Source: an uncultured Gammaproteobacteria bacterium (GTDB taxonomy: Bacteria; Patescibacteriota; Patescibacteriia; JACPHY01). From it: a stretch of 64,000 nucleotides of DNA. The translations under genes were made by a program, and so were the position numbers. Location: NCBI GenBank assembly GCA_964585225.1, contig CAZPCZ010000001.1:6018-70017 (forward strand), given 5' to 3'. This document shows, piece after piece, positions 37,324 to 47,450 of the stretch. The notes below the pieces were generated by a model, which saw only the letters and a program-made list of their open reading frames with translations, was not told the origin of the DNA and made no database searches. The number at the start of each line of letters is the position of its first letter. Position 1 is the first letter of the stretch.

Positions 37324-38519
37324 ACGGGCACTCGAGCCAGCACGCGCTCGTACACGGCCGCGACGCGCGTCGCGTGCACCGCGGGATCGAACATCCCGGT
37401 TGCCACGGTCGCCCGGCCGCCAGCGCGGAGCCGCGCAGCAAGCTCCGGGTCGCGGAGTACGCGCGCGAGCGCGGTGGCAAACGCTTCGGCATCACCAAAC
37501 GCGGCGAGGCGGCCATTCACCTCATCTTGTACAATCTCGGGAATCCCGCCGACCCGCGTCGCCACGACCGGTGTCCCGACTCCCATCGCCTCCACGATGA
37601 CGCGGCCGAAGGTCTCTGTCTCTGACGGTACCGCGAGGACGTCGCACCCGGCAATGATCGCGCGGGCGCGCTCGTGGTATCCCACAAAACGCACCGCGTC
37701 CGCGATCCCGATCGTCTGTACGCGTGTAGCGATCTGCGCGCGCAGTGGACCATCACCCACGAGCAGGAGCGCGACGTTTGGGATCCAATGTCGGAGGAGC
37801 GCAAACGCATCGAGGAGGAACGCGTGCCCCTTTCCGGATGTGAAGTGCGCGATGCACCCAATGACCGGCGCGCTCGCTGGGATCCCCCATGCCGCGCGCA
37901 CGTCCACCAGCGCCACCGGGTCGCACGCGACGGGATTCGGGATGACGGTGACGCGATCCGCGGCAACGACGCCGCTTGCGACCCACCAATCACGCGCGTA
38001 CGCCGAATTCGCGATCGCGTGCGTGATCCCATTCCGCAACCACGCCGCGAGTGCAGGCGGAATTGCTCCCGTACGTACCGATCGGAGGTGCGCGACGACC
38101 GGGATGCCGATCGCGCGCGCCGCGCGGATCGCGTACGCATCACGAACCGGATGGTTATTCGTGTGGAGGAGCGCGGCACCGTGCGCACGGAGGAGGCGCG
38201 TGAGTGCGCGAACTGCGGTCGCGTGTGCGATCGCCTCCGCGCGTAGTGCGAGCATCGGCGCGACGCGACGCGCGAGGGCGAGTGCTCGAACAGTTCCGCT
38301 CCGCACCACCGCAGACGAAGCGGTCGAGTAGACGGGGTCGCGGAAAAGCGCAACGGGAATACCGGCCGCACGCATCCGATCGAGCGCGGGAACGGCGTTC
38401 GCCGCGATGACAACCGGCGCGTACCGCGCGCGATCGAGGTGCATCACGAGTGAAGCGATGCTCTCGAAGGAGCCGCCTCCCGAACTCCCGTGGTCGAGGA
38501 AACAAATGGTGCTTGCCAT
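37320..38519 (-). CDS. GT4 glycosyltransferase
   Basis: GGSFES, ANSAY, KGH, PSETETFGRVIVEAMG. Confidence 0.92.
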   Translation of the reverse strand: MASTICFLDHGSSGGGSFESIASLVMHLDRARYAPVVIAANAVPALDRMRAAGIPVALFRDPVYSTASSAVVRSGTVRALALARRVAPMLALRAEAIAHATAVRALTRLLRAHGAALLHTNNHPVRDAYAIRAARAIGIPVVAHLRSVRTGAIPPALAAWLRNGITHAIANSAYARDWWVASGVVAADRVTVIPNPVACDPVALVDVRAAWGIPASAPVIGCIAHFTSGKGHAFLLDAFALLRHWIPNVALLLVGDGPLRAQIATRVQTIGIADAVRFVGYHERARAIIAGCDVLAVPSETETFGRVIVEAMGVGTPVVATRVGGIPEIVQDEVNGRLAAFGDAEAFATALARVLRDPELAARLRAGGRATVATGMFDPAVHATRVAAVYERVLARVPV

Positions 38520-39607
38520 GTGGCAAGGTTCACGAAGCGTTCACAAAACTCCGCGTGGCCCTCCGGTGAGCAGAGCGCGCGACGGTAGGCCTCTTGCGCG
38601 CGCGTGGCGACGCCGACCATCCGAACTGGATCGTGGAGCACCGTCGCGACGCGCTCATCGAGATCGGAAAAATCCCACGCGAACGGAATGTACGTCTCCT
38701 CGGGAATCCAGAGGTTCGGCCACGTCTCGACGTGCGCCATGTCCTGCTTCAATGTCGCCGCACCGCAGATGATCGCTTCGAAATCCCGAAGGGTGATCTC
38801 GCCGAGCCCGAAGGGCGACACGACTGCCCGCGCACGCTGCATTTCCGAAAAAAACTCGCGTCGTGACACCTTGTCCGTTCGCAGGTACCACGCGAGCCGT
38901 TTGGACAATTCGCTCCGCGAGTGCGCGACGGATCGCCGGTGATGATGGGTCCCGATACGACAGCTGAGGAATATGCTCCTTGGAGTTCCCGGGGATGTCC
39001 ACTCGTGCGGGTACCACCGAGGAACCGCGCCGCCAGCATGGTACCAGAACCGATGGAGCTGCGGCCCGAACAATCCGTAGTGCGCGAGTCCCGAATGCCA
39101 ACTCGCAGTGACCTTCTCCAGATCCGCAATCGATGGAATGAGGTTGAGATGCTCCTCATCCGGGGTCTCGCGGACGTCGAACGATCGCGCGTAGTAATCG
39201 GTGAACACCCGAGCACCGATGTACTGCTGCCGATAACGCATTCGATCACGGAGCACTTGGCCTTTACAGTACCGATCGACGTACGGGAGGACGGCGAACT
39301 GCGCCGTACCCGTGCTATCGGTGATGTCGAACCAGATGATCCTCGACACGCGGCTCCGGATACATCCGAGGAACGACGTCACGGACGACGTCCCACGCTC
39401 GCTCCACCAGGACATGAAGAACCGACTACTCACGCAGAGCACGTCCCAATCCCTCCCCGCGACCGCTGCATCCGTCGTAAAGGTCAACGCAACGCCGCGC
39501 TCCCGCAGCCCGCGCGCATGATAGTGGAGCGGAAACAAAAATGCCGCACCGTTCTGACTGTACATTCGCTCGTGGAGTACGCAAACGCGTCGCATAATTG
39601 CCGCCAT
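38444..39607 (-). CDS. GT-B-like glycosyltransferase (Glyco_trans_1_2/CgeB-type C-terminus)
   Basis: VVSPFGLGEITLRDFEA...KQDM.HVETWP..W, YIPF.WDFSDL. Confidence 0.65.
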   Translation of the reverse strand: MAAIMRRVCVLHERMYSQNGAAFLFPLHYHARGLRERGVALTFTTDAAVAGRDWDVLCVSSRFFMSWWSERGTSSVTSFLGCIRSRVSRIIWFDITDSTGTAQFAVLPYVDRYCKGQVLRDRMRYRQQYIGARVFTDYYARSFDVRETPDEEHLNLIPSIADLEKVTASWHSGLAHYGLFGPQLHRFWYHAGGAVPRWYPHEWTSPGTPRSIFLSCRIGTHHHRRSVAHSRSELSKRLAWYLRTDKVSRREFFSEMQRARAVVSPFGLGEITLRDFEAIICGAATLKQDMAHVETWPNLWIPEETYIPFAWDFSDLDERVATVLHDPVRMVGVATRAQEAYRRALCSPEGHAEFCERFVNLATWQAPFVSSTTGVREAAPSRASLHS

Positions 39608-39610
39608 GGA

Positions 39611-41230
39611 CTACCCCAACGAGGCGAGCGACTGGCCATGCACCCGCTCGAGGACCTCTCGCGCAATACATGAACTCGGATTGCGATGATCGCGAGCGAA
39701 ACGGATGTACTCGCGGTACGGGTACATCGCGTAGAAGTACGCGTACTTCTGCCAGTACATGAGGTACTGGCGTCGAAAGGCGTCTCCGGTACTCCCGAAA
39801 GGACGGAGTGCCTCGCTGAGGAGGTGCACCGTCCATGGCGGCGTGTACCGGCGGAATGGTGTTTGGAACACGCCGGACGGATCGTGCGTGCGCAGATACT
39901 CGAGGTAGAGCGATTGCCGAAACTTCGCATCAAATAGCACACGCGACCAGAAGGCGAGGTACGCATCGTCCCACAGTGGCAGCTCCCACGGGAGTCCGAA
40001 GAAATCGTACACTCGCTGTCCGGGGATCACAAGCTCGCACTGTCGCGCGCGCCACTCCCACTCCTCGTACCGTTTCATGGCTTCCTCGCGCTCCATACGC
40101 TCGGGAATTGCTTCCACGAAGGAACGCCGTACGCGCTCGCGCATCTCCGCATCGTGTTCCGGTGTCCGGAGTTGTGTCCAGAGCGAGTGGTGCTTCGCGA
40201 GGATCGCGTCGAGCCACATGCGGCGATCGATGAACGCACCCGCGAGCGAGGTCGGGACGTGCCCCCCGCTGATGAAGTCGCCGGTCTGCCCATTGATGAC
40301 CACCGTATCACGTGGGAGCGCGTGCCGACGCGCGAGATCGCAGAATGCATAGAAATCCGTCATCGTCGGGCTGACCGAGAGTTGGTGCACGAACGAGTAG
40401 TATCGTTCGCGCTCGTCGGTGCGGTACATCGCTCGTCCGAACGCACGCGTGTACGGCACGAACGTCCATGGCACGCCGAGGCGTTCCGCAATAACCCGCG
40501 CAGCAGCCGCTTCACAATTCCCCGGGATGCCGTACGAGAATGCGCGGATCGCATCGTACCCGAGGTGCTTCAGCGTGGTAATGACGAGCCGAGAATCGTA
40601 CCCACCGCTCAATGGGATGAGGGCCGTTCGACCATCGAGGCGCCCGATGAGCCGCCGGAAGATGCCCTCGGTCACCGCGTGGAGTTCCTCGATGGCGTCG
40701 CGAGGGGATGCGGTGGAGCTCACTGGATCATAGAAGCGGTAGTACTCGTGGACATGGGTGCGACCGACGCGATCGCGAACGAGGAACTCACCACCACGGA
40801 GCTGACGGATGCCTTCGAACAACGTCTCGCCATTGGTCACGTACCCCGCCATCGCGAACTCGAGGAACGCACCGGCGTTGTGCACGTCTTGGTCCATTCG
40901 CAGCGCCTGCGCATCCCCTGAAATACGAAGATCGTCGCGATCGATCCGATAGGAGAGCGGGTAGCTCTTGATCTTGTCCACGCTCGCGAGGGCACCACCG
41001 CCCCGGTCCTCCACGATGAGCGCGAAGTTCCCGTGGAGCGCGCGGAGTGCGTCGCGCAGCTCTGCGGCGTCACGGAGCAACCCATCGGAGAGCACGGCCG
41101 CGCACAGGACTTCGATCGGATCACCAGCGACGCCGTGGAGGTTCCCGATGAGTCGAATACGAACACCATCCCGCTCCACCATGCGGAGCGGGAACGCGGT
41201 CGGGAACGAGAGGACTGCGACGGGAACCAT
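39611..41230 (-). CDS. asparagine-synthase-like amide ligase lacking the Ntn cysteine
   Basis: PLSGGYDSR ATP motif, GQTGDFISG, LPLWD; the N-terminus is not MCGI. Confidence 0.82.
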   Translation of the reverse strand: MVPVAVLSFPTAFPLRMVERDGVRIRLIGNLHGVAGDPIEVLCAAVLSDGLLRDAAELRDALRALHGNFALIVEDRGGGALASVDKIKSYPLSYRIDRDDLRISGDAQALRMDQDVHNAGAFLEFAMAGYVTNGETLFEGIRQLRGGEFLVRDRVGRTHVHEYYRFYDPVSSTASPRDAIEELHAVTEGIFRRLIGRLDGRTALIPLSGGYDSRLVITTLKHLGYDAIRAFSYGIPGNCEAAAARVIAERLGVPWTFVPYTRAFGRAMYRTDERERYYSFVHQLSVSPTMTDFYAFCDLARRHALPRDTVVINGQTGDFISGGHVPTSLAGAFIDRRMWLDAILAKHHSLWTQLRTPEHDAEMRERVRRSFVEAIPERMEREEAMKRYEEWEWRARQCELVIPGQRVYDFFGLPWELPLWDDAYLAFWSRVLFDAKFRQSLYLEYLRTHDPSGVFQTPFRRYTPPWTVHLLSEALRPFGSTGDAFRRQYLMYWQKYAYFYAMYPYREYIRFARDHRNPSSCIAREVLERVHGQSLASLG

Positions 41231-41236
41231 ACACGT

Positions 41237-42631
41237 TCATGGTGCGATTGCGGTGTTCCGTCGAAACCGATAGCGTTCCCAGAGGTACGCTACTCCGTAC
41301 CCGCCGAGGACGTAGAAGATCGGGAAGATCATGGTCCGATACCGCGCCTGTGCCGCTGCGCCGGACACCGCAACGGTGTACGCGATGGTGAGGAGGAAGA
41401 GCGCGAGGATCCACCGGAATTCCCGACGGCGGATGAAGACCACCGCAGCAACGGCTGCAGCACCGTACAAGAGCAGGAGGTGGAGTTTCGCGAGTGCGTA
41501 GATGCCGATGTAGCCCAACCGCCCCTCAGACCACAGGCGCGGCAGCAGCGCACGGTTCCCATGGCTTTCCTGGACTGCCGCCTGGAGTGCGTCCGCCGTT
41601 GCGCGACTGAATAGTACGTACGGCGGGAAGGTCCCGAAGAAGAACCCCGGCATAGCGCGGAGCGTGACGATCGCGAAGTCAATCGGGGAACCGAGGATCA
41701 CTCGGGCCACCGCTCGTCCACCCTCCCGCTCCACCGCCACTTCACCACGTGCGATGAGTTCTGGCGGAAAGTACCGCTCCGCGAGTTGTGCCCGCGCTGC
41801 GGGCCGTGAGATACCCTGCTGGTGCATGAGGAGGTAGGCGGCGTTCTGCTGCAGCGTCGTCGCTCCGCTCGCGAACACGCTGCCGCCGACTGCGATGGCA
41901 TTCCGTACTTTCCATCCCCCGAAGAACACCACGATGACGAGCGCGAACACTCCGAACATGCGCACCTTCGCCGCAGGAGACAACTTGACGGATCTCCAAA
42001 GGAAGGCCGCGAGGAACACCGCGAGCGGTACCCAGAGCAGGAATGGCGCGATCTTCGTCATCATCGCACATCCAAGGAAGACCGTACCCAAGAAGAGGTG
42101 GCGATCCGCCGCTCCCCCTCGGAGGAACCGCACGAAGAACAGGAGCCACAGCGACATAAACAATCCGAGGAGCGTATCGGGAATGTTGTAGTGGTTCGCA
42201 AAGTAGAATGCGGTACCATCGAGCGCAGCGAACAGCGCGGCAGCATTCGCTGCACGCGCACTGAAGAGCGCCCCAATGCGCCAACTCACCACGATGACCC
42301 CAATGTTCGCCAGCATGAGCAGGATGCGCATCGGCTCATGCGCGGCGCTCCCAATTCCGAACACCCGGTAGCTCGCCGCGTAGAGCAACGGGTACAGTGG
42401 TGGTTGCGTTCCGGTGGGAAGGAGGCGTCCCGCCGCATCGCGCGCACCGACCGAGTACACGCCCTCGCGGACGAGGTGTTCCGCGATGCTCGAGTACTGC
42501 GTGTCCTCACTATCCGCGATGGCAGGGAAGTTCCGGAGGATGTGCGCGTACGCCACACCGTGGACCACGACGACGGCGCCAATGAGGAGGATGATGAATC
42601 GGTTGCGACGGTACGCAGCGCGGATACTCAT
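41237..42631 (-). CDS. GT-C (ArnT/GT39-like) membrane glycosyltransferase, paralogue B
   Basis: D..QY..IA, PPLYP, GGWKVRN, ARYR; polytopic. Confidence 0.78.
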   Translation of the reverse strand: MSIRAAYRRNRFIILLIGAVVVVHGVAYAHILRNFPAIADSEDTQYSSIAEHLVREGVYSVGARDAAGRLLPTGTQPPLYPLLYAASYRVFGIGSAAHEPMRILLMLANIGVIVVSWRIGALFSARAANAAALFAALDGTAFYFANHYNIPDTLLGLFMSLWLLFFVRFLRGGAADRHLFLGTVFLGCAMMTKIAPFLLWVPLAVFLAAFLWRSVKLSPAAKVRMFGVFALVIVVFFGGWKVRNAIAVGGSVFASGATTLQQNAAYLLMHQQGISRPAARAQLAERYFPPELIARGEVAVEREGGRAVARVILGSPIDFAIVTLRAMPGFFFGTFPPYVLFSRATADALQAAVQESHGNRALLPRLWSEGRLGYIGIYALAKLHLLLLYGAAAVAAVVFIRRREFRWILALFLLTIAYTVAVSGAAAQARYRTMIFPIFYVLGGYGVAYLWERYRFRRNTAIAP

Positions 42632-42655
42632 ACAACCCGTGCATGTCGAGTGCGC

Positions 42656-43825
42656 TCACGCGTGCGCTCGTGCGCGTACCGCCTCGACGGGCGCTGCGGC
42701 GAGGTCCTGACCGGCCATGTACCGGAACGCGAGTGGCCGCAGGTATTCCTCGTTGCCGCGGTACCACGCGATGGACCGGTCCATCCCCTCCTCGAACCGA
42801 ACGCGCGGTCGAAATCCGAGCGCACGGAGTTTTGAGGAATCGAGGAATTGATCCGGAATCTCGATGAAATTCGCGGGCTTCGCGCGGGTGACGGGTGCAA
42901 TATCGCGCACGTTCCGACGGAGGAGGTCAATGATGGAGACCACGCTCCGAATGCTCTCGCACCGCGAGAGGGTGCGGAGCTCCTCAGGGATGTAGTTCCC
43001 GACGCTGAACGCCGGCCATCCGTACGTCGCGCGACCCGTCGCCGGCATGTGCGCATGCTCCGTCCCGTAGTACGCCGCAATGCGCTCCATGAGGAGGAGG
43101 TACGCGGCCACGATGTCGGACACATACATGAACTCCCGGAGCACGCGCTCGTTCCCGAGGTTGATGATTGGCGCTTGCCCCGCCAGCAGGCACATGATCG
43201 TCTTCGGGATGAGCCGAGAGAAGTTGAGGTCGCCCGGACCGTAGATGTTGCACGCGCGCGCGACGAGCACCGGCACCTTGAACTGGTACGCGTACGTCTG
43301 CGCGAGCATGTCCCCGCACACCTTCGAGGCGGAGTACACATCGAGCCCGCGGAGTGCGTAGTCCTCGCGGTACGGGAGCCCCTCACGCGTGTCGTCCGCG
43401 TGGTCTCCGTACGACTTATCTGATGAGACGACGAGCACGCGCGGAACTTTGTTGATGCGCGCGACTTCGAGGATGTTCAGCGTCCCCATGACGTTGTTCT
43501 CGATGGTGGATACCGGCGAGTTCGCCGCATCGCTCACGATCGCAGATGCGGCGAGGTGGAAGATCGTGTCGATCTGGTGACGGTCGCACACGCGGCGGAG
43601 CGTATCGAAGTGGAGGAGATCACACATCTCCACGTCCGGGGACGGGAGCCCTGCGTCTGCAGCGGTCCGAATGAGGTCAAGCGTCCGCACCGGCCGTTGG
43701 TGCCGAACGGTCACGACGACCACCGCACCGCGCTGCTGGAGCGCCGTCACGAGGTGGGACGCAACGAATCCATCACCGCCAGTCACGAGGACGCGCTTAC
43801 CAAACCAGGGGGAGGAATCATGCAT
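42656..43825 (-). CDS. NDP-sugar 4,6-dehydratase/epimerase (CDP-glucose dehydratase-like SDR)
   Basis: VTGGDGFVAS, SSDKSYG, YSASK, NIYGPGDLNFSRLIP. Confidence 0.88.
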   Translation of the reverse strand: MHDSSPWFGKRVLVTGGDGFVASHLVTALQQRGAVVVVTVRHQRPVRTLDLIRTAADAGLPSPDVEMCDLLHFDTLRRVCDRHQIDTIFHLAASAIVSDAANSPVSTIENNVMGTLNILEVARINKVPRVLVVSSDKSYGDHADDTREGLPYREDYALRGLDVYSASKVCGDMLAQTYAYQFKVPVLVARACNIYGPGDLNFSRLIPKTIMCLLAGQAPIINLGNERVLREFMYVSDIVAAYLLLMERIAAYYGTEHAHMPATGRATYGWPAFSVGNYIPEELRTLSRCESIRSVVSIIDLLRRNVRDIAPVTRAKPANFIEIPDQFLDSSKLRALGFRPRVRFEEGMDRSIAWYRGNEEYLRPLAFRYMAGQDLAAAPVEAVRARAHA

Positions 43826-43841
43826 AGATTCATGAACGAAA

Positions 43842-44537
43842 CTAGTTGTACTTCACCATGGCCCAGAGGAACTCGATGCCGTCCTTCACGCCGATTTTCT
43901 TCCCGTCCGCGTAGCTCCGTCCGACATACGAGATACCAACTTCGTAAAGCCGCAGTCGCTCTTTCGCGACCCGTGCGGTGATGTCGACTTCGATATCGAA
44001 CCGCTCGGCAGAAAGGCGTGGGAGAATCCGCGCCATCGCATCCCTCGTGAACGCCTTGTAGCACGTCGCGACGTCGGTGAGCGCGAGGTTCGTCGTCACG
44101 TTTGCTGCCAGCGTGATGATGCGATTCACAAACGAGTGCCAGAACCGCACGACCGGCCGCGGGCGGTTCCCGAGGTACCGCGATCCGTACACGACATCCG
44201 CCTTCCCCGCAACGAGCGGCGCAAGGAGGAGCGGATAGTCATGCGGGTCGTACTCGAGGTCCGCGTCCTGGACGACGAGGTAGTCGCCGGTCGCAGCCGC
44301 GAAGCCCGTCCGGAGCGCGGCGCCCTTCCCGCGATTCCGCTCGTGGAGGATCACGCGGAGGTCTGATCCCGTCATGGACTGGAGCACCTCGCGCGTCCCA
44401 TCAGTCGAGCAGTCATCCACCACGATCATCTCCTTCCCGATACCCCCGAGGTCCACGGACCGCACGAGGTCGATGATCGAACGGATCGTCTTCGTCTCAT
44501 TGTACACCGGAATGATAACGGAGAGCGTGGTGGGCAT
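43842..44537 (-). CDS. GT2 polyprenyl-phosphate glycosyltransferase (Dpm1-like)
   Basis: IPVYNE, VDDCSTDGT, NRGKGAA, QDADLEYDP, YGSR, TCYK, GKKIG. Confidence 0.93.
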   Translation of the reverse strand: MPTTLSVIIPVYNETKTIRSIIDLVRSVDLGGIGKEMIVVDDCSTDGTREVLQSMTGSDLRVILHERNRGKGAALRTGFAAATGDYLVVQDADLEYDPHDYPLLLAPLVAGKADVVYGSRYLGNRPRPVVRFWHSFVNRIITLAANVTTNLALTDVATCYKAFTRDAMARILPRLSAERFDIEVDITARVAKERLRLYEVGISYVGRSYADGKKIGVKDGIEFLWAMVKYN

Positions 44538-44561
44538 GTGCCCGCAGCGTAGCGTACGATC

Positions 44562-45383
44562 CTACCGCGCTGCAACCCCCGGGAAGTACTGCCCACAGAG
44601 CGCGATGTACTCGTGTGCCGGCACCACGAAGTAGTGCTCAGCGTACCGCGGTTCCTTCGTCCGGAGGGAACGACTGTTGAATGCGTTGAGACCGTGAATG
44701 TAGTGGACCCAGTCGCGGTGCGCCATCTCACTCTCCCACATGCGAACGAGCTGGAGCTTCTCCTCCATGACGTCCGTCACGTCCATGACGACGTTCAGGA
44801 GCACAGTCGAGTACACCTGGTACGCCCAGACCTCAGCGTCCGGTGCGGGCGCATCGTGGAAGGCGGACGCGAAGAGCTCGGCGACACGCCGGTGATCCGG
44901 GTGATCATCCGCGAGGAACGGAAGGAAGATCGCGCCGGGCCGCTGCACCGCGATGGTGTGGCGCATGCGCTCGACGCTCTCCGTCCCGATGGGGATGCTG
45001 CGCGTCGGGTAGTGCCAGAACTCGACCGTCGCACCGAGCGCGGTAGCGACTCGGCGCGCTTCCCCCTCTCGGATATCGCCTCCCAATCCATCGCGTTCCC
45101 CAGACGTCACGTAGACCACGTGCACGGTCGCTCCGTTGCGCCGCGCGTGGAGGAGCGCGCCGCCGCAGCCGAACGTATCATCATCCGGGTGCGGCGAGAA
45201 AACGAGGGTGCGCTCCGCCGTGGGGCCGCCGCGCACGAGGGGCGTACGCTGCCCCGAGAACCGCTGCGTCGAGAGGACGCTGCTGAGCGCATCGAGGTCG
45301 CGAATGCGCGTCCAGTCCTCCAGGAGGAATTGGTACGCGGCGCGAGAAGCACGCTGGGAGAAGAGGCGATGAAAGATTGACAC
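44562..45383 (-). CDS. PIG-L/LmbE family N-deacetylase
   Basis: SPHPDDD, TSGE, R..EA, HPDH; GTG start just after the upstream stop is assumed. Confidence 0.88.
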   Translation of the reverse strand: MSIFHRLFSQRASRAAYQFLLEDWTRIRDLDALSSVLSTQRFSGQRTPLVRGGPTAERTLVFSPHPDDDTFGCGGALLHARRNGATVHVVYVTSGERDGLGGDIREGEARRVATALGATVEFWHYPTRSIPIGTESVERMRHTIAVQRPGAIFLPFLADDHPDHRRVAELFASAFHDAPAPDAEVWAYQVYSTVLLNVVMDVTDVMEEKLQLVRMWESEMAHRDWVHYIHGLNAFNSRSLRTKEPRYAEHYFVVPAHEYIALCGQYFPGVAAR

Positions 45384-45384
45384 A

Positions 45385-46395
45385 CTACGTATCGAGCCGA
45401 TCGCCAGGACGCATGCGGAGCGACCGGACCATGCGCCTAGCAGGAATAATACGACCTCGAGATACGCACGCGATGATGCGGAATGCACCGTCACCGCACG
45501 CAACGACGGGACACCCCGCATCATCAATGGTGAGCACGGTCCCGGGCGCCACGGGATGTCGCGCTACGGATACCGCTTCGCCATCCCACACGATGAGGGC
45601 ATGGCCACGACACGAAGTGATGCCGCCGCTCTTCGGACGAATCGCGTAGCAGGTGCGACGAATGCTCGCTCCTGTGTCGGTCCACGCGATGTGCTGGTGC
45701 GCACCGTGGTAAGGCGGATCGTATGTTGACGCATGCTCTTCCTGCGGGATCCCGCGCAGCACACCGACACGCGCCGCAGCGAGTACACGATCTGCCGTCG
45801 CAATGACCGCGCGGATGACCTGAATCTCCACATCGCCCCACGTTGCGTCTGCTGCAACTGTAACGCGCTCTCGCGTCAGGATATCTCCTGCATCGAACGC
45901 CGCGGTGACGAGGTGCGCGGTCACGCCGGTTTCCCGTTCTCCCAGCCGCACGACCCAGCGATTAGGCGTGCCGCCGCGATGTTTTGGGAGGAGCGCCGGA
46001 TGGAGATTCACCATCCCGCGTACCGGTACTGCGATTACCGATGATGGAATCTTGCGATGGAACCCAGCAACGAACACGAGATCGGGCGCGCACGCGCGCA
46101 GCGTGCCTGCGCACGTTGGCATTCGGATGGTGTCCGCAGCGAGCACCGGAATATCGTGGGCACGCGCAATCGTCGCAGGTGAATCGTAGGCGTCGAATGG
46201 ATCGCTGCATGCCAGCGCACGGCCCCACCATGCGGCGCGGAGACGCTGCGCCACGCGGATCATCACCGGAGTGACGGAGTCGAATCGCGTCACCACTGCA
46301 CAAATCTTCTCCCCACGAGCAAGGAGATGCGTCAAGAGTGCAGATGCATATCCGCGATTCCCGAATACCGCGATGCGAAATGGTGCGGTGGTCAT
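45385..46395 (-). CDS. sugar N-formyltransferase (Fmt-like) #1
   Basis: NLHPALLPKHRG, TGVTAH, DAGDI; C-terminal Fmt domain. Confidence 0.88.
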   Translation of the reverse strand: MTTAPFRIAVFGNRGYASALLTHLLARGEKICAVVTRFDSVTPVMIRVAQRLRAAWWGRALACSDPFDAYDSPATIARAHDIPVLAADTIRMPTCAGTLRACAPDLVFVAGFHRKIPSSVIAVPVRGMVNLHPALLPKHRGGTPNRWVVRLGERETGVTAHLVTAAFDAGDILTRERVTVAADATWGDVEIQVIRAVIATADRVLAAARVGVLRGIPQEEHASTYDPPYHGAHQHIAWTDTGASIRRTCYAIRPKSGGITSCRGHALIVWDGEAVSVARHPVAPGTVLTIDDAGCPVVACGDGAFRIIACVSRGRIIPARRMVRSLRMRPGDRLDT

Positions 46396-47450
46396 ACCAA
46401 TCGCCCGCACTTCTTCACTGCCACGCCGAGCCGCGTGCTGAACGGGGCAGGGAGGATGCGCATGCCGATGCACGCCGCGCTCATTGCCGCAGCATGCGCC
46501 CGCTGCGCAATCGAACGCTCCGGCGTCACGCTGCAGGCCATGGCGTAGTAGGTCATCGGTTCCGCAACGCCGCCGAAGTGCACCTTTGATGCGTGGACGC
46601 TGCCGCTGACTGACGACTCACCCATATCGAGAAGCGGAATCCTGCGCGCGACGCATCGGCGGAGCGCTTCCCACATGAGGAGCTGCATCGGCGCGTACGC
46701 ATCGCTCCCCGGGAGCGCCGCGGCAAACGGGTAGACTGCACGACGCGGCCCGACACAGAGGAACATACCCGCGATGATCGCGCCGTCGCGCTCCACAATG
46801 TGAAGCTCCGTGTCGTGCGGACGCGCGGCGAGCACCATCGCGAAGAACTCCCGGGAGTGAATCGGCACACCCTTCGCGAGCATCCGCCGCGCGTAGCATC
46901 GATAGAACGCGTCAAGGTCTCCCGCGCGCCCCGCGCGCACCGTGCAGCCGGACCGCTCGGCGCGGCGAATCATGTTCCGCGTCTTGTTCCGCAGTGCGCT
47001 CCACATCTCCCCCCCCGAGGCCGCGATGGGCATCACGACGGTCTCCTTCTCTCGCGTCGCACCGGCAACCGCAAAATGCACCGGCCCGGACGTCACCAGT
47101 GCCGCAGGGATACGACGCGCGTCCGCCTCCGATCGCACCGCAGCGAGCAACGCCGCCGCAACCGCATCATCCATAGCAACGAGCCCGTACCGAAACGAGT
47201 AGAGCACGCCATCTCTGGCAACGTACGCCGGACAGCAACCGACGATCGCACCCGCGCGGTCGGTCGCGAGGAACCGTAACACCGGGATGCCATACACGGA
47301 CGCGATGGCATCGCACCAACCAAAGGAAACAAGCGCTGGTACCGACGCATGCACGTCGGCAAACACATCCCACGCCGCGGCATCCTCAGGCGCCGCGAGG
47401 CGAACGTCACACCGCGGGATCACTGTGTGGAGAGCGTCTGGAGCGCGCAC
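46392..47450 (-). CDS. FemAB-like GNAT aminoacyl/acyl transferase
   Basis: K.RNMIRRA...G, F..CY, LLMWEA, LDMG.S, K.HFG. Confidence 0.8.
   Translation of the reverse strand: MRAPDALHTVIPRCDVRLAAPEDAAAWDVFADVHASVPALVSFGWCDAIASVYGIPVLRFLATDRAGAIVGCCPAYVARDGVLYSFRYGLVAMDDAVAAALLAAVRSEADARRIPAALVTSGPVHFAVAGATREKETVVMPIAASGGEMWSALRNKTRNMIRRAERSGCTVRAGRAGDLDAFYRCYARRMLAKGVPIHSREFFAMVLAARPHDTELHIVERDGAIIAGMFLCVGPRRAVYPFAAALPGSDAYAPMQLLMWEALRRCVARRIPLLDMGESSVSGSVHASKVHFGGVAEPMTYYAMACSVTPERSIAQRAHAAAMSAACIGMRILPAPFSTRLGVAVKKCGRLV

Noticed and set aside
38444-38519. 76-bp gene overlap as a sign of a frameshift or fusion
   Set aside because: Both proteins look complete; the overlap is best explained as a short C-terminal extension.
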